Shown here piece by piece: positions 19,736 to 29,729 of a stretch of 64,000 nt of DNA. The stretch's first letter is position 1. Every line of letters starts with the position of its first letter. Position numbers and translations under genes: made by a program. A model generated the notes under the pieces. That model saw nothing but the letters and a program-made list of their open reading frames with translations, was not told the origin of the DNA and made no database searches. The DNA comes from Candidatus Poribacteria bacterium (lineage in GTDB: Bacteria; Poribacteria; WGA-4E; WGA-3G). The stretch covers positions 384,001-448,000 of the forward strand of contig CBDANF010000003.1 of assembly GCA_965197475.1 (NCBI GenBank), given 5' to 3'.

Positions 19736-22714
19736 CTACCGGTCCAACCCCTTGAGGACTTCATCCCAATCCCACAGAAGGATGGTGCCATCTGCCCCAA
19801 CACTGACAAGCGTTTTGCCATCAGGTGAAAATACCAACTTTTCAATTGATACCGTGTGCCCATCAAGCGTAGCGAGTTCGTCTCCAGTGGCTATATCCAA
19901 TAACTGAATACTGCCTCCTATAAGTCCAGCAGCAAGCACGGTATTATCTGGTGAAAACACTAATGCCTCGTCATATTTATGTGCACGATGGACAATTTCG
20001 TCATTTACTACTACGACAATCTCGGACACTTCCTTAAAGTGAGGTTTTTTCTGACTTCCGAATAAACGTATCTGTTCCCTATTTCCTACTGCAAGTATAG
20101 CACCATCTGAAGAAAACGCCAACGCTGTAATTCGGATTCCTGAATACATAGCGTGAAGTCTTCTATCTACTAATGTATTGCCTATCCCATGTGCTATAAG
20201 GTAGGTGGCTAACACAACACCAGTTTCTGCATCCCACATCTGAACTTTTCCATACGTGGTTCCACTGACAAGTTTTTTTCCATCGGGTGAGAACAGTAAA
20301 GCACTAATCATAGGCACGGACTTATTGGACTTATCGTTCGGATCTGAGAGAGAAATATCAAAATTTTCACCTGTCTCCGTATTCCACATGCGAATTCTAC
20401 CGTGACCGCCGAGAGCTACCGTTTTCCCATCAGGCGAAAAAGCCATTCCTGAAATACTACTACCCTTTGGCTCCGTCAAGCTCGCTAGCTCACGTCCGGT
20501 ACTGACATCAGTCAAGCGGATCAGTTGATGATCTGTGTTGACAAGCTTTGTCCCATCAGGTGAAAACGCTGAAATCCATAACAACTCGCGATGCCCTTTA
20601 GTCTGGAAAGCAGATTCTTGTTGTGTCTTTAGATCCCAAAAGGTAATTATGCCGTTAAATGCTATACTTGCAAGCGTCTTACTATCTTTATAGAAAGCTG
20701 CCCCTTTCAGCCAATTTGTGTGTCCAGAGATGTTTGTCGGTAGGGGATTCCTTGTTTCTGTATCCCAAAACAGAACTTCGCCATCTGCACTTGCACTTGC
20801 AAGTGTGCTACCGTCTGGCGAAAAAGTTAGCGCAGTAATTCTGTTTATATGTCCATCAAGCGTCGCGAGTAGTTTACCTGTAACGGTATCCCACAAGCGA
20901 ACCATTTTTTCGTTACGCCCGATGATGTTACCTCCGCTGGCGAGCATCTTTCCATCAGGAGAGAATGCTAACATTTCTATCCAACCGGTAGGTTTTTGGA
21001 AGGTAATCGGCTTGTTGTTGTTAGCGGTGTCCCATAATTGCAGTGTTGTATGATCGCTCACAGTAGCGAGTCGCGTGCCATCAGGTGAAAACGCCATGGC
21101 TGATACACGGTTGTCCGACCACCTTATACCACCCAACAATTGATCAACCTTTAAATCAATTACATCTCTTAAATCACTTAAATCATTTTCTTCATTTTCT
21201 CTGAGTGTGGATAATTTCTCACCAGTTGTTGTGCTCCACACCTCAATTCCGCTACCACTTCTGCCAATAGCGATTTTATCCTGCGTGAGCGCGTAGACTT
21301 CGTCAACATAACCAGATCGTTTTTCCAATTTATTGACAGTCTGCTGCCCTGTCTCAACATCTAATCTGCTAATTGTGTCTCTTGATTTACGCAAACTGAC
21401 AAGTTTTTTTCCATCTTCAGAAAACCGCATTACTTCCGCAGCAGCCTGTGCATCGTGAGGTGTCACTTTACGAACAGTAACAATCTCCCACAACTCAAGA
21501 CCTCTTTCAAGGCGACTACCACCGCGCGAGGATAAGGGATCGTGACCACTATTTGCAAGGAAGCGACCATCGGGTGAAAAAGCGAGTGATCTGCATATTC
21601 CTGGAAATAGAGAAATTTCCTTACCTGTCTGTACATCATAGAGCCACACACCGATACTACCACCTACCGCGAGTAGCGTGCCATCGGGTGAAAACTGCAT
21701 CGCATTAATTCCGCCCTTTCCTAAACGCGCTTTCGCCTCTTTCTGCAATTCCCATTTTGTCCAATCTTCCGTTATTTCGTCCGCTTGTGCCTCTGCAATT
21801 GCTGCAGGAGCATCGTTAGGTTGCTGTTCAGGGTTGTTACGCTTATCAAGTGCATTAGCATTTCCAATTTGCGTCCGCACCTCAGGTTTGGACTCCAAGT
21901 TCGCGACTATAGGAGCGTCAATAATGTCAACCGTCATCTCTGCGGTAACATCTAAACTATAAGGTTTTTGAAAACACGCCAGGTATCGCTGGTTTCCAAA
22001 ACCGAGCATGAGCAATACCACTGCTAACGTGGAAGCAGCTACTGCCCACGGTATTAAAGGTCTACTGCCGGAAGGTGCAGCAGGTTTCATACGGGAAATC
22101 TCTTGCATGATGCTTTCAGTAAAATTCGGTGTAATTTTGAAATTGTCTAAAGCTTCTCTTATCATCGGTTCCTCCTTCTTTAAACGCTGCTGTGCGCGGT
22201 GAAGTCGACTCTTAACCGTATTTGCCGATACACCTAAAAACGCACCGATCTCTGTACACGACATCTCTCCAAAGTAATGTAGTGTCATGACAGTGCGTTC
22301 ACTTTCCCCAAGTTTCGCAAGCAGTTTTTTGACAACATTGCGTTGTGTTTCTATAGTGATCTGCTCATTTTCCACAACGACATGCTCGGAATAGGTCACT
22401 TTTTCAGGCTGGGCAACGTCCATGCCTTCCAACAACTGCCTCCGCAAATGCTTTTTACGTAACCATGTGCTGCAGCGGTTTGTAGCAATCACATAAAGCC
22501 AGCTTGCAAAACGCTGCGGTTTCTTCAACGTTCCGAGTTCCTGATACGCTTTCAGGAATGCATCCTGCGTAATCTCTTCGGCTATGTGAAAATCTCCGAT
22601 TTTCCGCCACACAAGCGCGTGAACCTGTTTCTGATATTTTTCCACAAGTTCCGCAAAGGCTGTCTCATCGCCATCAAGAATACGGTGGATTAATTGCACA
22701 TCATTGTTTTTCAT
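19736..22714 (-). CDS. ECF sigma factor-TM-WD40 fusion (copy 2)
   Basis: Same architecture as copy 1; 992 aa; GGAGGTGA RBS. Confidence 0.9.
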   Translation of the reverse strand: MKNNDVQLIHRILDGDETAFAELVEKYQKQVHALVWRKIGDFHIAEEITQDAFLKAYQELGTLKKPQRFASWLYVIATNRCSTWLRKKHLRRQLLEGMDVAQPEKVTYSEHVVVENEQITIETQRNVVKKLLAKLGESERTVMTLHYFGEMSCTEIGAFLGVSANTVKSRLHRAQQRLKKEEPMIREALDNFKITPNFTESIMQEISRMKPAAPSGSRPLIPWAVAASTLAVVLLMLGFGNQRYLACFQKPYSLDVTAEMTVDIIDAPIVANLESKPEVRTQIGNANALDKRNNPEQQPNDAPAAIAEAQADEITEDWTKWELQKEAKARLGKGGINAMQFSPDGTLLAVGGSIGVWLYDVQTGKEISLFPGICRSLAFSPDGRFLANSGHDPLSSRGGSRLERGLELWEIVTVRKVTPHDAQAAAEVMRFSEDGKKLVSLRKSRDTISRLDVETGQQTVNKLEKRSGYVDEVYALTQDKIAIGRSGSGIEVWSTTTGEKLSTLRENEENDLSDLRDVIDLKVDQLLGGIRWSDNRVSAMAFSPDGTRLATVSDHTTLQLWDTANNNKPITFQKPTGWIEMLAFSPDGKMLASGGNIIGRNEKMVRLWDTVTGKLLATLDGHINRITALTFSPDGSTLASASADGEVLFWDTETRNPLPTNISGHTNWLKGAAFYKDSKTLASIAFNGIITFWDLKTQQESAFQTKGHRELLWISAFSPDGTKLVNTDHQLIRLTDVSTGRELASLTEPKGSSISGMAFSPDGKTVALGGHGRIRMWNTETGENFDISLSDPNDKSNKSVPMISALLFSPDGKKLVSGTTYGKVQMWDAETGVVLATYLIAHGIGNTLVDRRLHAMYSGIRITALAFSSDGAILAVGNREQIRLFGSQKKPHFKEVSEIVVVVNDEIVHRAHKYDEALVFSPDNTVLAAGLIGGSIQLLDIATGDELATLDGHTVSIEKLVFSPDGKTLVSVGADGTILLWDWDEVLKGLDR

Positions 22715-22739
22715 AGATCACCTCCGATTTCACCCTATA

Positions 22740-22770
22740 GTGACGCCATGAAACGGTGAAACGGGTGCAT
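22740..22770 (-). promoter_or_regulatory. Putative ECF promoter ATGCACCC-N16-GCGTCAC (copy 2)
   Basis: Same motif, about 25 bp upstream of the ATG. Confidence 0.65.
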
Positions 22771-22792
22771 AATTCTGCAAATAGGAGTGTGT

Positions 22793-22923
22793 TTATACCA
22801 ATTCTGAAAAATAAAATACCATTACGGAAATTTATGACATTTTGAATGTCCGAGGCGCAATGAATTGCGCGAGGACAAACGCGTTTTTTGTTTATGAGAT
22901 GCTATCATTCAGAAATGGTATAA
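22793..22923. mobile_element. IS630-like MITE, TIR TTATACCAATTCTGAA / TTCAGAAATGGTATAA
   Basis: 16-bp inverted repeat with 1 mismatch; begins where homology to the other ECF upstream regions stops. Confidence 0.7.
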
Positions 22924-22938
22924 CTACACAAATTTATT

Positions 22939-25848
22939 TTATTTTTTTGTTCCGGACGATCCTTTAAGGACTTCATCCCAATCCCACAAAAGAATTGTGC
23001 CATCACCTCCTGCACTAACGAGTGTTTTACCGTCAGGTGAAAATGAGAACACATTCGGTGCGCCAGTGTGTCCACCAAGCGTTTTGAGAACCTTACCGGT
23101 GGTCACATCTCGTAATTGAATTCCACCACCAATCAGACTGAGAATAAGCAAGGTATTATCTGGTGAAAACACCAATCCATCCCAAAACAGATCAGGCTCA
23201 GAGGAAATTTCCTTAAAATGAGGTATTTTCGGACTCCCCAACAGATGAATCTGTCTCATATACACAACAGCAAGTAAGGAACCATCTGAAGAGAAGGTCA
23301 AATTCATAAGGGCTCCAGATTTCGGAGGCGGCTTATCAAAGAAGGATGTTAAGTGAACCCCAGTTTTAGCATCCCACATCTGAACTTTTCCGTCACTGGT
23401 TCCTGCTACAAGTTTGTTACCGTCCGGAGAGAAGGCAGCAGCACTGATCCATGCAGGTTGATCCGAAAAACGAATATCAAGAGTTTTATCTGTTTCTGTA
23501 TTCCACAAGCGAATTTTACCGTAGGTACCCCTGTGAGCACTGAACACTACCGTTTTGCCATCTGGAGAAAAAGTTAGATTTGGAGTAACATTTTCGTTAG
23601 AATACGTCAAGCTGGTCAACTCACGTCCGGTGGTGACATCAATCAAGCGAATCCGTGAAGTCGTTCCCAGAGGTTCAGTCGGGGTGTTTAGTATACCCTT
23701 GCTGGCAAGTTTTGTTCCATCGGGTGAAAACGCCAATGGGATGGCTTCTAAACAGTACCTCGTATTCTCAAAAGCAGTTTTAGTTCGGTGTGTGGTTCTT
23801 TGTGATGTCTCCAAATCCCATAAAGTGATTATTCCGCTATAAGCAACACTTGCGAGCGTGGAACTACCATTCATGAAACTTATTATTTCCAATTCATCGG
23901 TGTGTTCTGTAATTTTTGGCGGTAACTGATCTCCTGTTTTGATATTCCAATACAGGACAGTACCATCTTCACTTGCACTCGCGAGTATGCCGCCATCTGG
24001 TGAAAACGCTAAATAGTGAACGAGACCGATATGCCCTTTAAAGGTTGTGATCAATTCACCGGTGGTAGTATCCCACAATTTCACATTCTGACCTTCTCCA
24101 CAGGCAAGGATTTTTCCATCCGGAGAGAATAACAGGACATTTGGACCATCAACTAGCTCCTGAGTGGATCGCAACAGCACTCGACTTAGCGATTGTTTTT
24201 GGAGGAGGATAGGTTCATCGTTGCCTGTAGTATCCCATAAACGTACGGTTCTATCTTGTTTTCCACTGGCAAGGCGCGTGCCATCCGGTGAAAATGCCAA
24301 GGATATAACACGGTTAAAACCTATTCCTTTAACACCCTCTGCTTGAAGCCTTTCTGCTGGTCCTGTGAGTGTAGACACCTTTTTACCAGACTTTGAGTTC
24401 CACAACTCAAGTATTCCACTATCTTCAACTATCGCGACTTTGTCGTGTGTGAGCGCGTAGACTTCACGGGGATGTGAATCCAGTCGATTTTCAATCTTCT
24501 TAACATTACTCTTTCCGGTATCTGTATCTACCCAACAGATAGTATCTCCTGATTTATTCAGACTGACAAGTGTCTTGCTGTCTTTAGAGAACCAAAACGT
24601 AGATGCAGCAGGCAGCGAATCGTGTAGCGTTACTTTTTGACCTGTAGCTACCTCCCACAACGTAGTGGAGTCACCCCCACCATTGACAAGGAAACGACCA
24701 TCGGGTGAAAATGCCAAGGATCTGCATATTCCCGGGAATAGCGATATCTCCTTACCAGTGTTTACATCATACAACCATACACCTATACCACTACCAACAG
24801 CAAGTTGCTTACCATCTGGGGAAAACTGAATCCCTGTAATCCAACTTTTTCCCAAACGCGCTTTTGCCTTTTTCGGCAATTCCCATTGCGTATAATCTTT
24901 CACGGTTTCCTCCGTTTGTGTTTCTTCAGTTAATGTTGCGATGTTATCATTCGGCTGCTTTTCAGGATCATTTAGCTTTGCCAATGCGTTGGTATTTTTG
25001 ATTTGCGTCCGCACATCTGGTTTGAATTCCAAGTTCGCTACTATAGGTGCATCAATGATGTCAACCGTCATCTCTGCAGAGGCATCGAAACTATAAGGTT
25101 TCTGAAAACGTGCTAAAAATTTACTGTTTCCAAAACCCAACATTAGCAACATCACGACAACTGTTGAAGCAGAAATTAACCATGGCACGAACGGTTTGCT
25201 GCCAGACGGTGTGATAGGTTTTGTTTGTGAAATCTTACGCATGATGTTTTCTGTCAGATTTGGTGTGATTTTGAAATTGTCTAAAGCTTCTCTTATCATC
25301 GGTTCCTCCTTCTTTAAACGCTGCTGTGCGCGGTGAAGTCGACTCTTAACCGTATTTGCCGATACACCTAAAAACGCACCGATCTCTGTACACGACATCT
25401 CTCCGAAGTAATGTAGTGTCATGACAGTGCGTTCACTTTCCCCAAGTTTCGCAAGCAGTTTTTTGACAACATCGCGTTGGGTTTCTATAGTGATCTGCTC
25501 ATTTTCCACAACTATATGCTCGGAATAGGTCACTTTTTCAGGCTGGGCAACGTCCATGCCCTCTAACAACTGTCTCCGCAAATGCTTTTTACGCAACCAT
25601 GTGCTGCAGCGGTTTGTAGCAATCACATAAAGCCAGCTTGCAAAACGCTGCGGTTTTTTCAACGTTCCGAGTTTCTGATACGCTTTCAGGAATGTATCCT
25701 GCGTAATCTCTTCGGCTATGTGAAAATCTCCGATTTTCCGCCACACAAGCGCGTGAACCTGCTTCTGATATTTCTCTACAAGTTCCGCGAAAGCTGCCTC
25801 ATCGCCATCAAGAATACTTTGGATTAATTGAGAATCACTGTTTTTCAT
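22939..25848 (-). CDS. ECF sigma factor-TM-WD40 fusion (copy 3)
   Basis: Same architecture; sigma domain nearly identical to copy 2 at DNA level. Confidence 0.9.
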   Translation of the reverse strand: MKNSDSQLIQSILDGDEAAFAELVEKYQKQVHALVWRKIGDFHIAEEITQDTFLKAYQKLGTLKKPQRFASWLYVIATNRCSTWLRKKHLRRQLLEGMDVAQPEKVTYSEHIVVENEQITIETQRDVVKKLLAKLGESERTVMTLHYFGEMSCTEIGAFLGVSANTVKSRLHRAQQRLKKEEPMIREALDNFKITPNLTENIMRKISQTKPITPSGSKPFVPWLISASTVVVMLLMLGFGNSKFLARFQKPYSFDASAEMTVDIIDAPIVANLEFKPDVRTQIKNTNALAKLNDPEKQPNDNIATLTEETQTEETVKDYTQWELPKKAKARLGKSWITGIQFSPDGKQLAVGSGIGVWLYDVNTGKEISLFPGICRSLAFSPDGRFLVNGGGDSTTLWEVATGQKVTLHDSLPAASTFWFSKDSKTLVSLNKSGDTICWVDTDTGKSNVKKIENRLDSHPREVYALTHDKVAIVEDSGILELWNSKSGKKVSTLTGPAERLQAEGVKGIGFNRVISLAFSPDGTRLASGKQDRTVRLWDTTGNDEPILLQKQSLSRVLLRSTQELVDGPNVLLFSPDGKILACGEGQNVKLWDTTTGELITTFKGHIGLVHYLAFSPDGGILASASEDGTVLYWNIKTGDQLPPKITEHTDELEIISFMNGSSTLASVAYSGIITLWDLETSQRTTHRTKTAFENTRYCLEAIPLAFSPDGTKLASKGILNTPTEPLGTTSRIRLIDVTTGRELTSLTYSNENVTPNLTFSPDGKTVVFSAHRGTYGKIRLWNTETDKTLDIRFSDQPAWISAAAFSPDGNKLVAGTSDGKVQMWDAKTGVHLTSFFDKPPPKSGALMNLTFSSDGSLLAVVYMRQIHLLGSPKIPHFKEISSEPDLFWDGLVFSPDNTLLILSLIGGGIQLRDVTTGKVLKTLGGHTGAPNVFSFSPDGKTLVSAGGDGTILLWDWDEVLKGSSGTKK

Positions 25849-25873
25849 GGATCACCTCCGATTTCACCCTATA

Positions 25874-25904
25874 GTGACACCATGAAACGGTGAAATGGGT
25901 GCAT
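25874..25904 (-). promoter_or_regulatory. Putative ECF promoter ATGCACCC-N16-GTGTCAC (copy 3)
   Basis: Same motif with one change in the -10 box. Confidence 0.6.
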
Positions 25905-26103
25905 AATTCTGCAAATAGGAGTGTGTTTAGATAAGAGAGTAAGAGATTTATTTTACAAATATGAAATCTAAAGGGAAATTATAGCGGACTCTATCAAAAG
26001 TATCGTCCGTTAGCGAATTATATTTCTTCTGTTAGTAGAATTATACCATAAATCTGGTTTTTGGATGGATTTTCTAAAAGAATTAGGTTTCATGGAAAGT
26101 TCT

Positions 26104-26603
26104 TATACCAATTCTTGTATATTTATCCTTTTAAAAATTTTCAATTTCTGCTACACTTTTTCAATTTTACAAATCATAGGATTGACACCAATGAACATAA
26201 AGCCTCCACAGATTACAGAAAGTATTTCAGGGTTGAAATGTCATGGCTCAATAGTGTCCGTTTCCAAATATTCATTGATAAGTTCGCAAAAACCTTTCCA
26301 GAGACGCTAAATATCCTTGTGCTTGATAATGGTCGTTTTCATCAGGCGAAATCCCTACAACTTCCTGACAATATTGCTTTGCTTTTTCTACCCCGTTATA
26401 GTCCAGAGTTGAACCCGATCGAAAGGTTCTGGCAAGACTTTAAAGCCAAGTTGTTTCAGCACGCGTGGGAGTCAATAGAGTAAATGCAGGAAAAATCACA
26501 CAAGTTTTGAAAAATTATACTCAGGCAGCTATTGCCCAAATCACAAATTTTAGTTATTTCACGAAAGTCGAAAATGAGATATAATTATTAAGAAATGGAA
26601 CTA
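26104..26603 (+). pseudogene. IS630-family transposase remnant
   Basis: ILVLDNGRFH...LLFLPRYSPELNPIERFWQDFK DDE motif; left end TATACCAATTCT, degenerate right end AGAAATGGAACTA. Confidence 0.85.
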
Positions 26604-26607
26604 CCCA

Positions 26608-27630
26608 ATGAGCAAACCTACAAAAATCGGTATCGGTGTAATCGGTACTGGACGCATCGGTAAACTCCATATTGAACACCTCTCCCAAAATATACCCGAA
26701 GCAGAACTCGCCGCGATTTGTAGTTTGGACACCAAAACAGCAGAAAACCTCGCCGAACAGTTCAATATCCCTAAAGTAACCTCAGATTATCCCACTCTTT
26801 TAACTGATTCACAGATTGATGCTGTTGTTGTCGCCTCTTCAACGGATAGCCACGTCGAAATATGTCAAGCTGCAGCTGAGGCAGGCAAGCATATCTTTTG
26901 CGAAAAACCGATCGCCTTAGATTTGGAACAGATTGACGAAATCTTAGCGGTTGTTGAAAAAGCAGGAATGAAGTTTCAGGTCGGTTTTAATCGTAGGTTT
27001 GATGCAAGTTTCAGATGGGTGCGCGAGGCAGTCGCCTCTGGTGAGATTGGCGAACCGCACATTCTGCATATTACAAGTCGAGACCCGGCACCCCCACCGA
27101 TAGAATATGTCAAAGTATCTGGTGGGATTTTCCTTGATATGACCATCCATGATTTCGATATGGCGCGGTATCTAATTGGCAACGAGGTGGTCGAGATATT
27201 TGCTGTAGGTTGTGTGCGCGTTGATCCGAAAATCGGTGAGGCAGGAGACATTGACACCGCACTAATAACACTGCGCTTCCAAAACGGAGTTCTCGCAACC
27301 ATTGATAATAGCAGAGAGGCTGTCTACGGCTATGATCAGCGTGTAGAGGTTTTCGGTTCAAAGGGAATGATTACGGCAGGGAATCCATTGACAGATACTG
27401 TAACTTTCAGCGGGAGTGCGGGGAGTCGCACGGCATCGCCGCCATACTTTTTTGTGGAACGCTACAAGGAGACATATTTGTCTGAATTGCGTGCGTTCAT
27501 ACGATGTATTCAAGAGGATACGCAACCGCCAGTTACGGGTGCAGATGGTCGCGCACCTATTGTGATGGGTTATGCCGCTTTAAAATCGCTGCGTGAAAAT
27601 CGTCCAGTCCTATTGTCGGAAATCTTGTAG
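26608..27630 (+). CDS. iolG: Inositol 2-dehydrogenase (Gfo/Idh/MocA family)
   Basis: GTGRIG, IFCEKP, GFNRRFD, ITSRDP, DMTIHDFD, YGYDQRVEVFG. Confidence 0.85.
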   Translation: MSKPTKIGIGVIGTGRIGKLHIEHLSQNIPEAELAAICSLDTKTAENLAEQFNIPKVTSDYPTLLTDSQIDAVVVASSTDSHVEICQAAAEAGKHIFCEKPIALDLEQIDEILAVVEKAGMKFQVGFNRRFDASFRWVREAVASGEIGEPHILHITSRDPAPPPIEYVKVSGGIFLDMTIHDFDMARYLIGNEVVEIFAVGCVRVDPKIGEAGDIDTALITLRFQNGVLATIDNSREAVYGYDQRVEVFGSKGMITAGNPLTDTVTFSGSAGSRTASPPYFFVERYKETYLSELRAFIRCIQEDTQPPVTGADGRAPIVMGYAALKSLRENRPVLLSEIL

Positions 27631-27644
27631 TAACACAAAAAGGG

Positions 27645-28376
27645 CTACTCGTGACCACCAACTTCCCCAACCTCAATTTCAATCTCATCACGGTTTCGAA
27701 TCCGCTCCACAAGTCCGTCCCGAATATCCACAATGCGGTCAGAGACATCAAGCATTTTCAGGTCGTGTGTTGCTGAAATCACGGTAACCCCTTGTTCCGT
27801 GTTCAACTGTTTGATGAGATCAATAATCTCGCGCCCCGTAATCGTATCAAGGTTAGCCGTGGGTTCGTCAGCAAGGATAATGCTGGGGTCATTGGCAAGT
27901 GCTCTGGCAATCGCAACACGTTGACGTTGACCGCCTGAGAGTTCATCGGGCAGGTGATACATCCTGTCTCCTAACCCCACTCTATCAAGCAGTTTTTCTG
28001 CCTTTTCATTTCGTTGTTTTTCTGGGATACCAGCAAAAATCATCGGTAATGTAACATTACCGTGTGCGGTGCGTACATTCAACAAGTTGTAACTCTGAAA
28101 GATATAGCCGACGCGGTGGCACCGAAACGCTGCAATCTGCCTTTGTGATAGGTGTGACATATTTTGCCCATCAATGAAAACCTGTCCTTCAGTTGGTCGG
28201 TCAAGCGCGCCAATCATGTTAAAGAGGGTAGATTTGCCGGAGCCAGAGGGTCCCATCAATGAGATATATTCTCCGCGTTGGATTTCGATATTGATACCGT
28301 CCAAAGCGCGAAGGACGTTTGAACCCATTCGGTACTCTTTGACGACATCCTCAGTTTTTACAACGATATCCGGCAT
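27645..28376 (-). CDS. ABC transporter ATP-binding protein (LolD/MacB-like)
   Basis: GPSGSGKST, LSGGQRQRVAIARAL, LADEPT. Confidence 0.93.
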   Translation of the reverse strand: MPDIVVKTEDVVKEYRMGSNVLRALDGINIEIQRGEYISLMGPSGSGKSTLFNMIGALDRPTEGQVFIDGQNMSHLSQRQIAAFRCHRVGYIFQSYNLLNVRTAHGNVTLPMIFAGIPEKQRNEKAEKLLDRVGLGDRMYHLPDELSGGQRQRVAIARALANDPSIILADEPTANLDTITGREIIDLIKQLNTEQGVTVISATHDLKMLDVSDRIVDIRDGLVERIRNRDEIEIEVGEVGGHE

Positions 28377-28558
28377 AATAAGTCCTTTTTGCTATTCCCT
28401 AAACGATAATTAGTAAGCGCGCTATCAATGGTGTTCAATAATTTAGAGGCTGTAAAGTTTTTGGCAAATATTGCCATTTTCTTTTATTGTAGAGCGGATT
28501 CTCAAAATTATATATAATCTGAAAAGGTAGGCAGCCCCAACGGGGCGAAATGTGTATA

Positions 28559-28648
28559 ATACCAAATTAACCCGATTTGTAGCGCGAGGTCTCTGTGCCT
28601 CGCAATGCTAACTTTATCAGAAAAATACTATTCAAGTTAATTTGGTAT
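28559..28648. mobile_element. MITE with ATACCAAATTAAC / GTTAATTTGGTAT TIRs enclosing a GTAG REP-like hairpin
   Basis: 13-bp perfect inverted repeat; a related single end lies at ~58194-58213. Confidence 0.6.
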
Positions 28649-28701
28649 AACATTTGAAAACCAAGCCTATCATGTCTTAATAATTTTGAGTCAACTATAG
28701 A

Positions 28702-29394
28702 TTAAACTTCAGTCCGCATCGCTTCAGCAGGTGGAAGTTTCGCAGCACGCCATGCTGGGAACGATGAGCCGATAATAGCCAAAATCATACCGAGCACGCA
28801 TCCGAATAGGATAAGCAACAGCACACCGATTCGCATTGGTCCGTCCTCAGGTGTAGCAGGCAACAACGGAAAATAAAAGAATAGGTCAAGCCCATAGTCT
28901 TTCAGTCCTAAACCGACAGCACCCAATGTACCGATAAGCGCGCCGATAAGCGCGCCAGCGAATCCTTGAAAGCCGGACTCAAGCAGGAACAGTCGCACCA
29001 CAAATCCGTCCAGAGCACCGAGACATTTCATCGTTCCGATTTCACGGAACCGCTCGGTCACTGCCATCAGCATAGAGTTGGCAATCCCGACAACACAGAC
29101 AATAAGGGACATGATAATAAGCCACACATCCTTAGTTGAAATCCCTTGCTCAATAGTTTCATCGAGATTGGTAATAGTAGAACTTCGTCCGCTTTCTTGT
29201 AGGGCAAGGTCAATTTCATTGTTTGTCCAGACGGAAACGAGGAAAGCGATGCCAAGCGTAATTCCGGCGGTAGTGATGACAGAACGACCGAAGCGGATCT
29301 TTAGGCTTTGAAAACTTATCCGTAACGATTCTAAAAATGGGAGATCAATCTGTTCCTCAATCGGTGCTTTCTGATCCAAATTTTTGCTCCTCAA
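28702..29394 (-). CDS. FtsX-like ABC permease
   Basis: GIANSMLMAVTERFREIGTMKCLGA; C-terminal PAWRAAKLPPAEAMR. Confidence 0.88.
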   Translation of the reverse strand: MRSKNLDQKAPIEEQIDLPFLESLRISFQSLKIRFGRSVITTAGITLGIAFLVSVWTNNEIDLALQESGRSSTITNLDETIEQGISTKDVWLIIMSLIVCVVGIANSMLMAVTERFREIGTMKCLGALDGFVVRLFLLESGFQGFAGALIGALIGTLGAVGLGLKDYGLDLFFYFPLLPATPEDGPMRIGVLLLILFGCVLGMILAIIGSSFPAWRAAKLPPAEAMRTEV

Positions 29395-29483
29395 TAATAT
29401 TTATTCAAATTATTATATCAAATTTTCAGTTTAAGGTCAAGTTTTGTTGAATGTCGGCAGGCCTATTTAGTTTTCCGAATATT

Positions 29484-29625
29484 GTAGGAACGATCTCTGA
29501 ATCGCGACCTGTTACAGGTTGTAGGAGCGATCTCCGCATCGCGACCTTCAACCTCCGAATACGCTTTGTCTGGAATCGGAGTTCCCACCTACCGCGATAA
29601 GTCGGGAATTAGACTTTCCTCCTAC
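29484..29625. repeat. Cluster of GTAG/CCTAC REP-like palindromes
   Basis: GTAGGAACGATCTCTGAATCGCGA and GTAGGAGCGATCTCCGCATCGCGA followed by two GG...CCTAC units; similar unit at 44616. Confidence 0.7.
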
Positions 29626-29729
29626 TCTTGACAAACACGGATAAAAACCGAAAACTAAATAGCTCTGGAATGTCGTATAGGGTCATTTATTGGGCGAGGT
29701 CAACAGTTAACAATACCCAATGCAGCTTA

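Noticed and set aside
16322-25848. Diversity-generating retroelement acting on the WD40 genes
   Set aside because: No reverse transcriptase is present, and I saw no template/variable repeat pair with adenine-specific differences.
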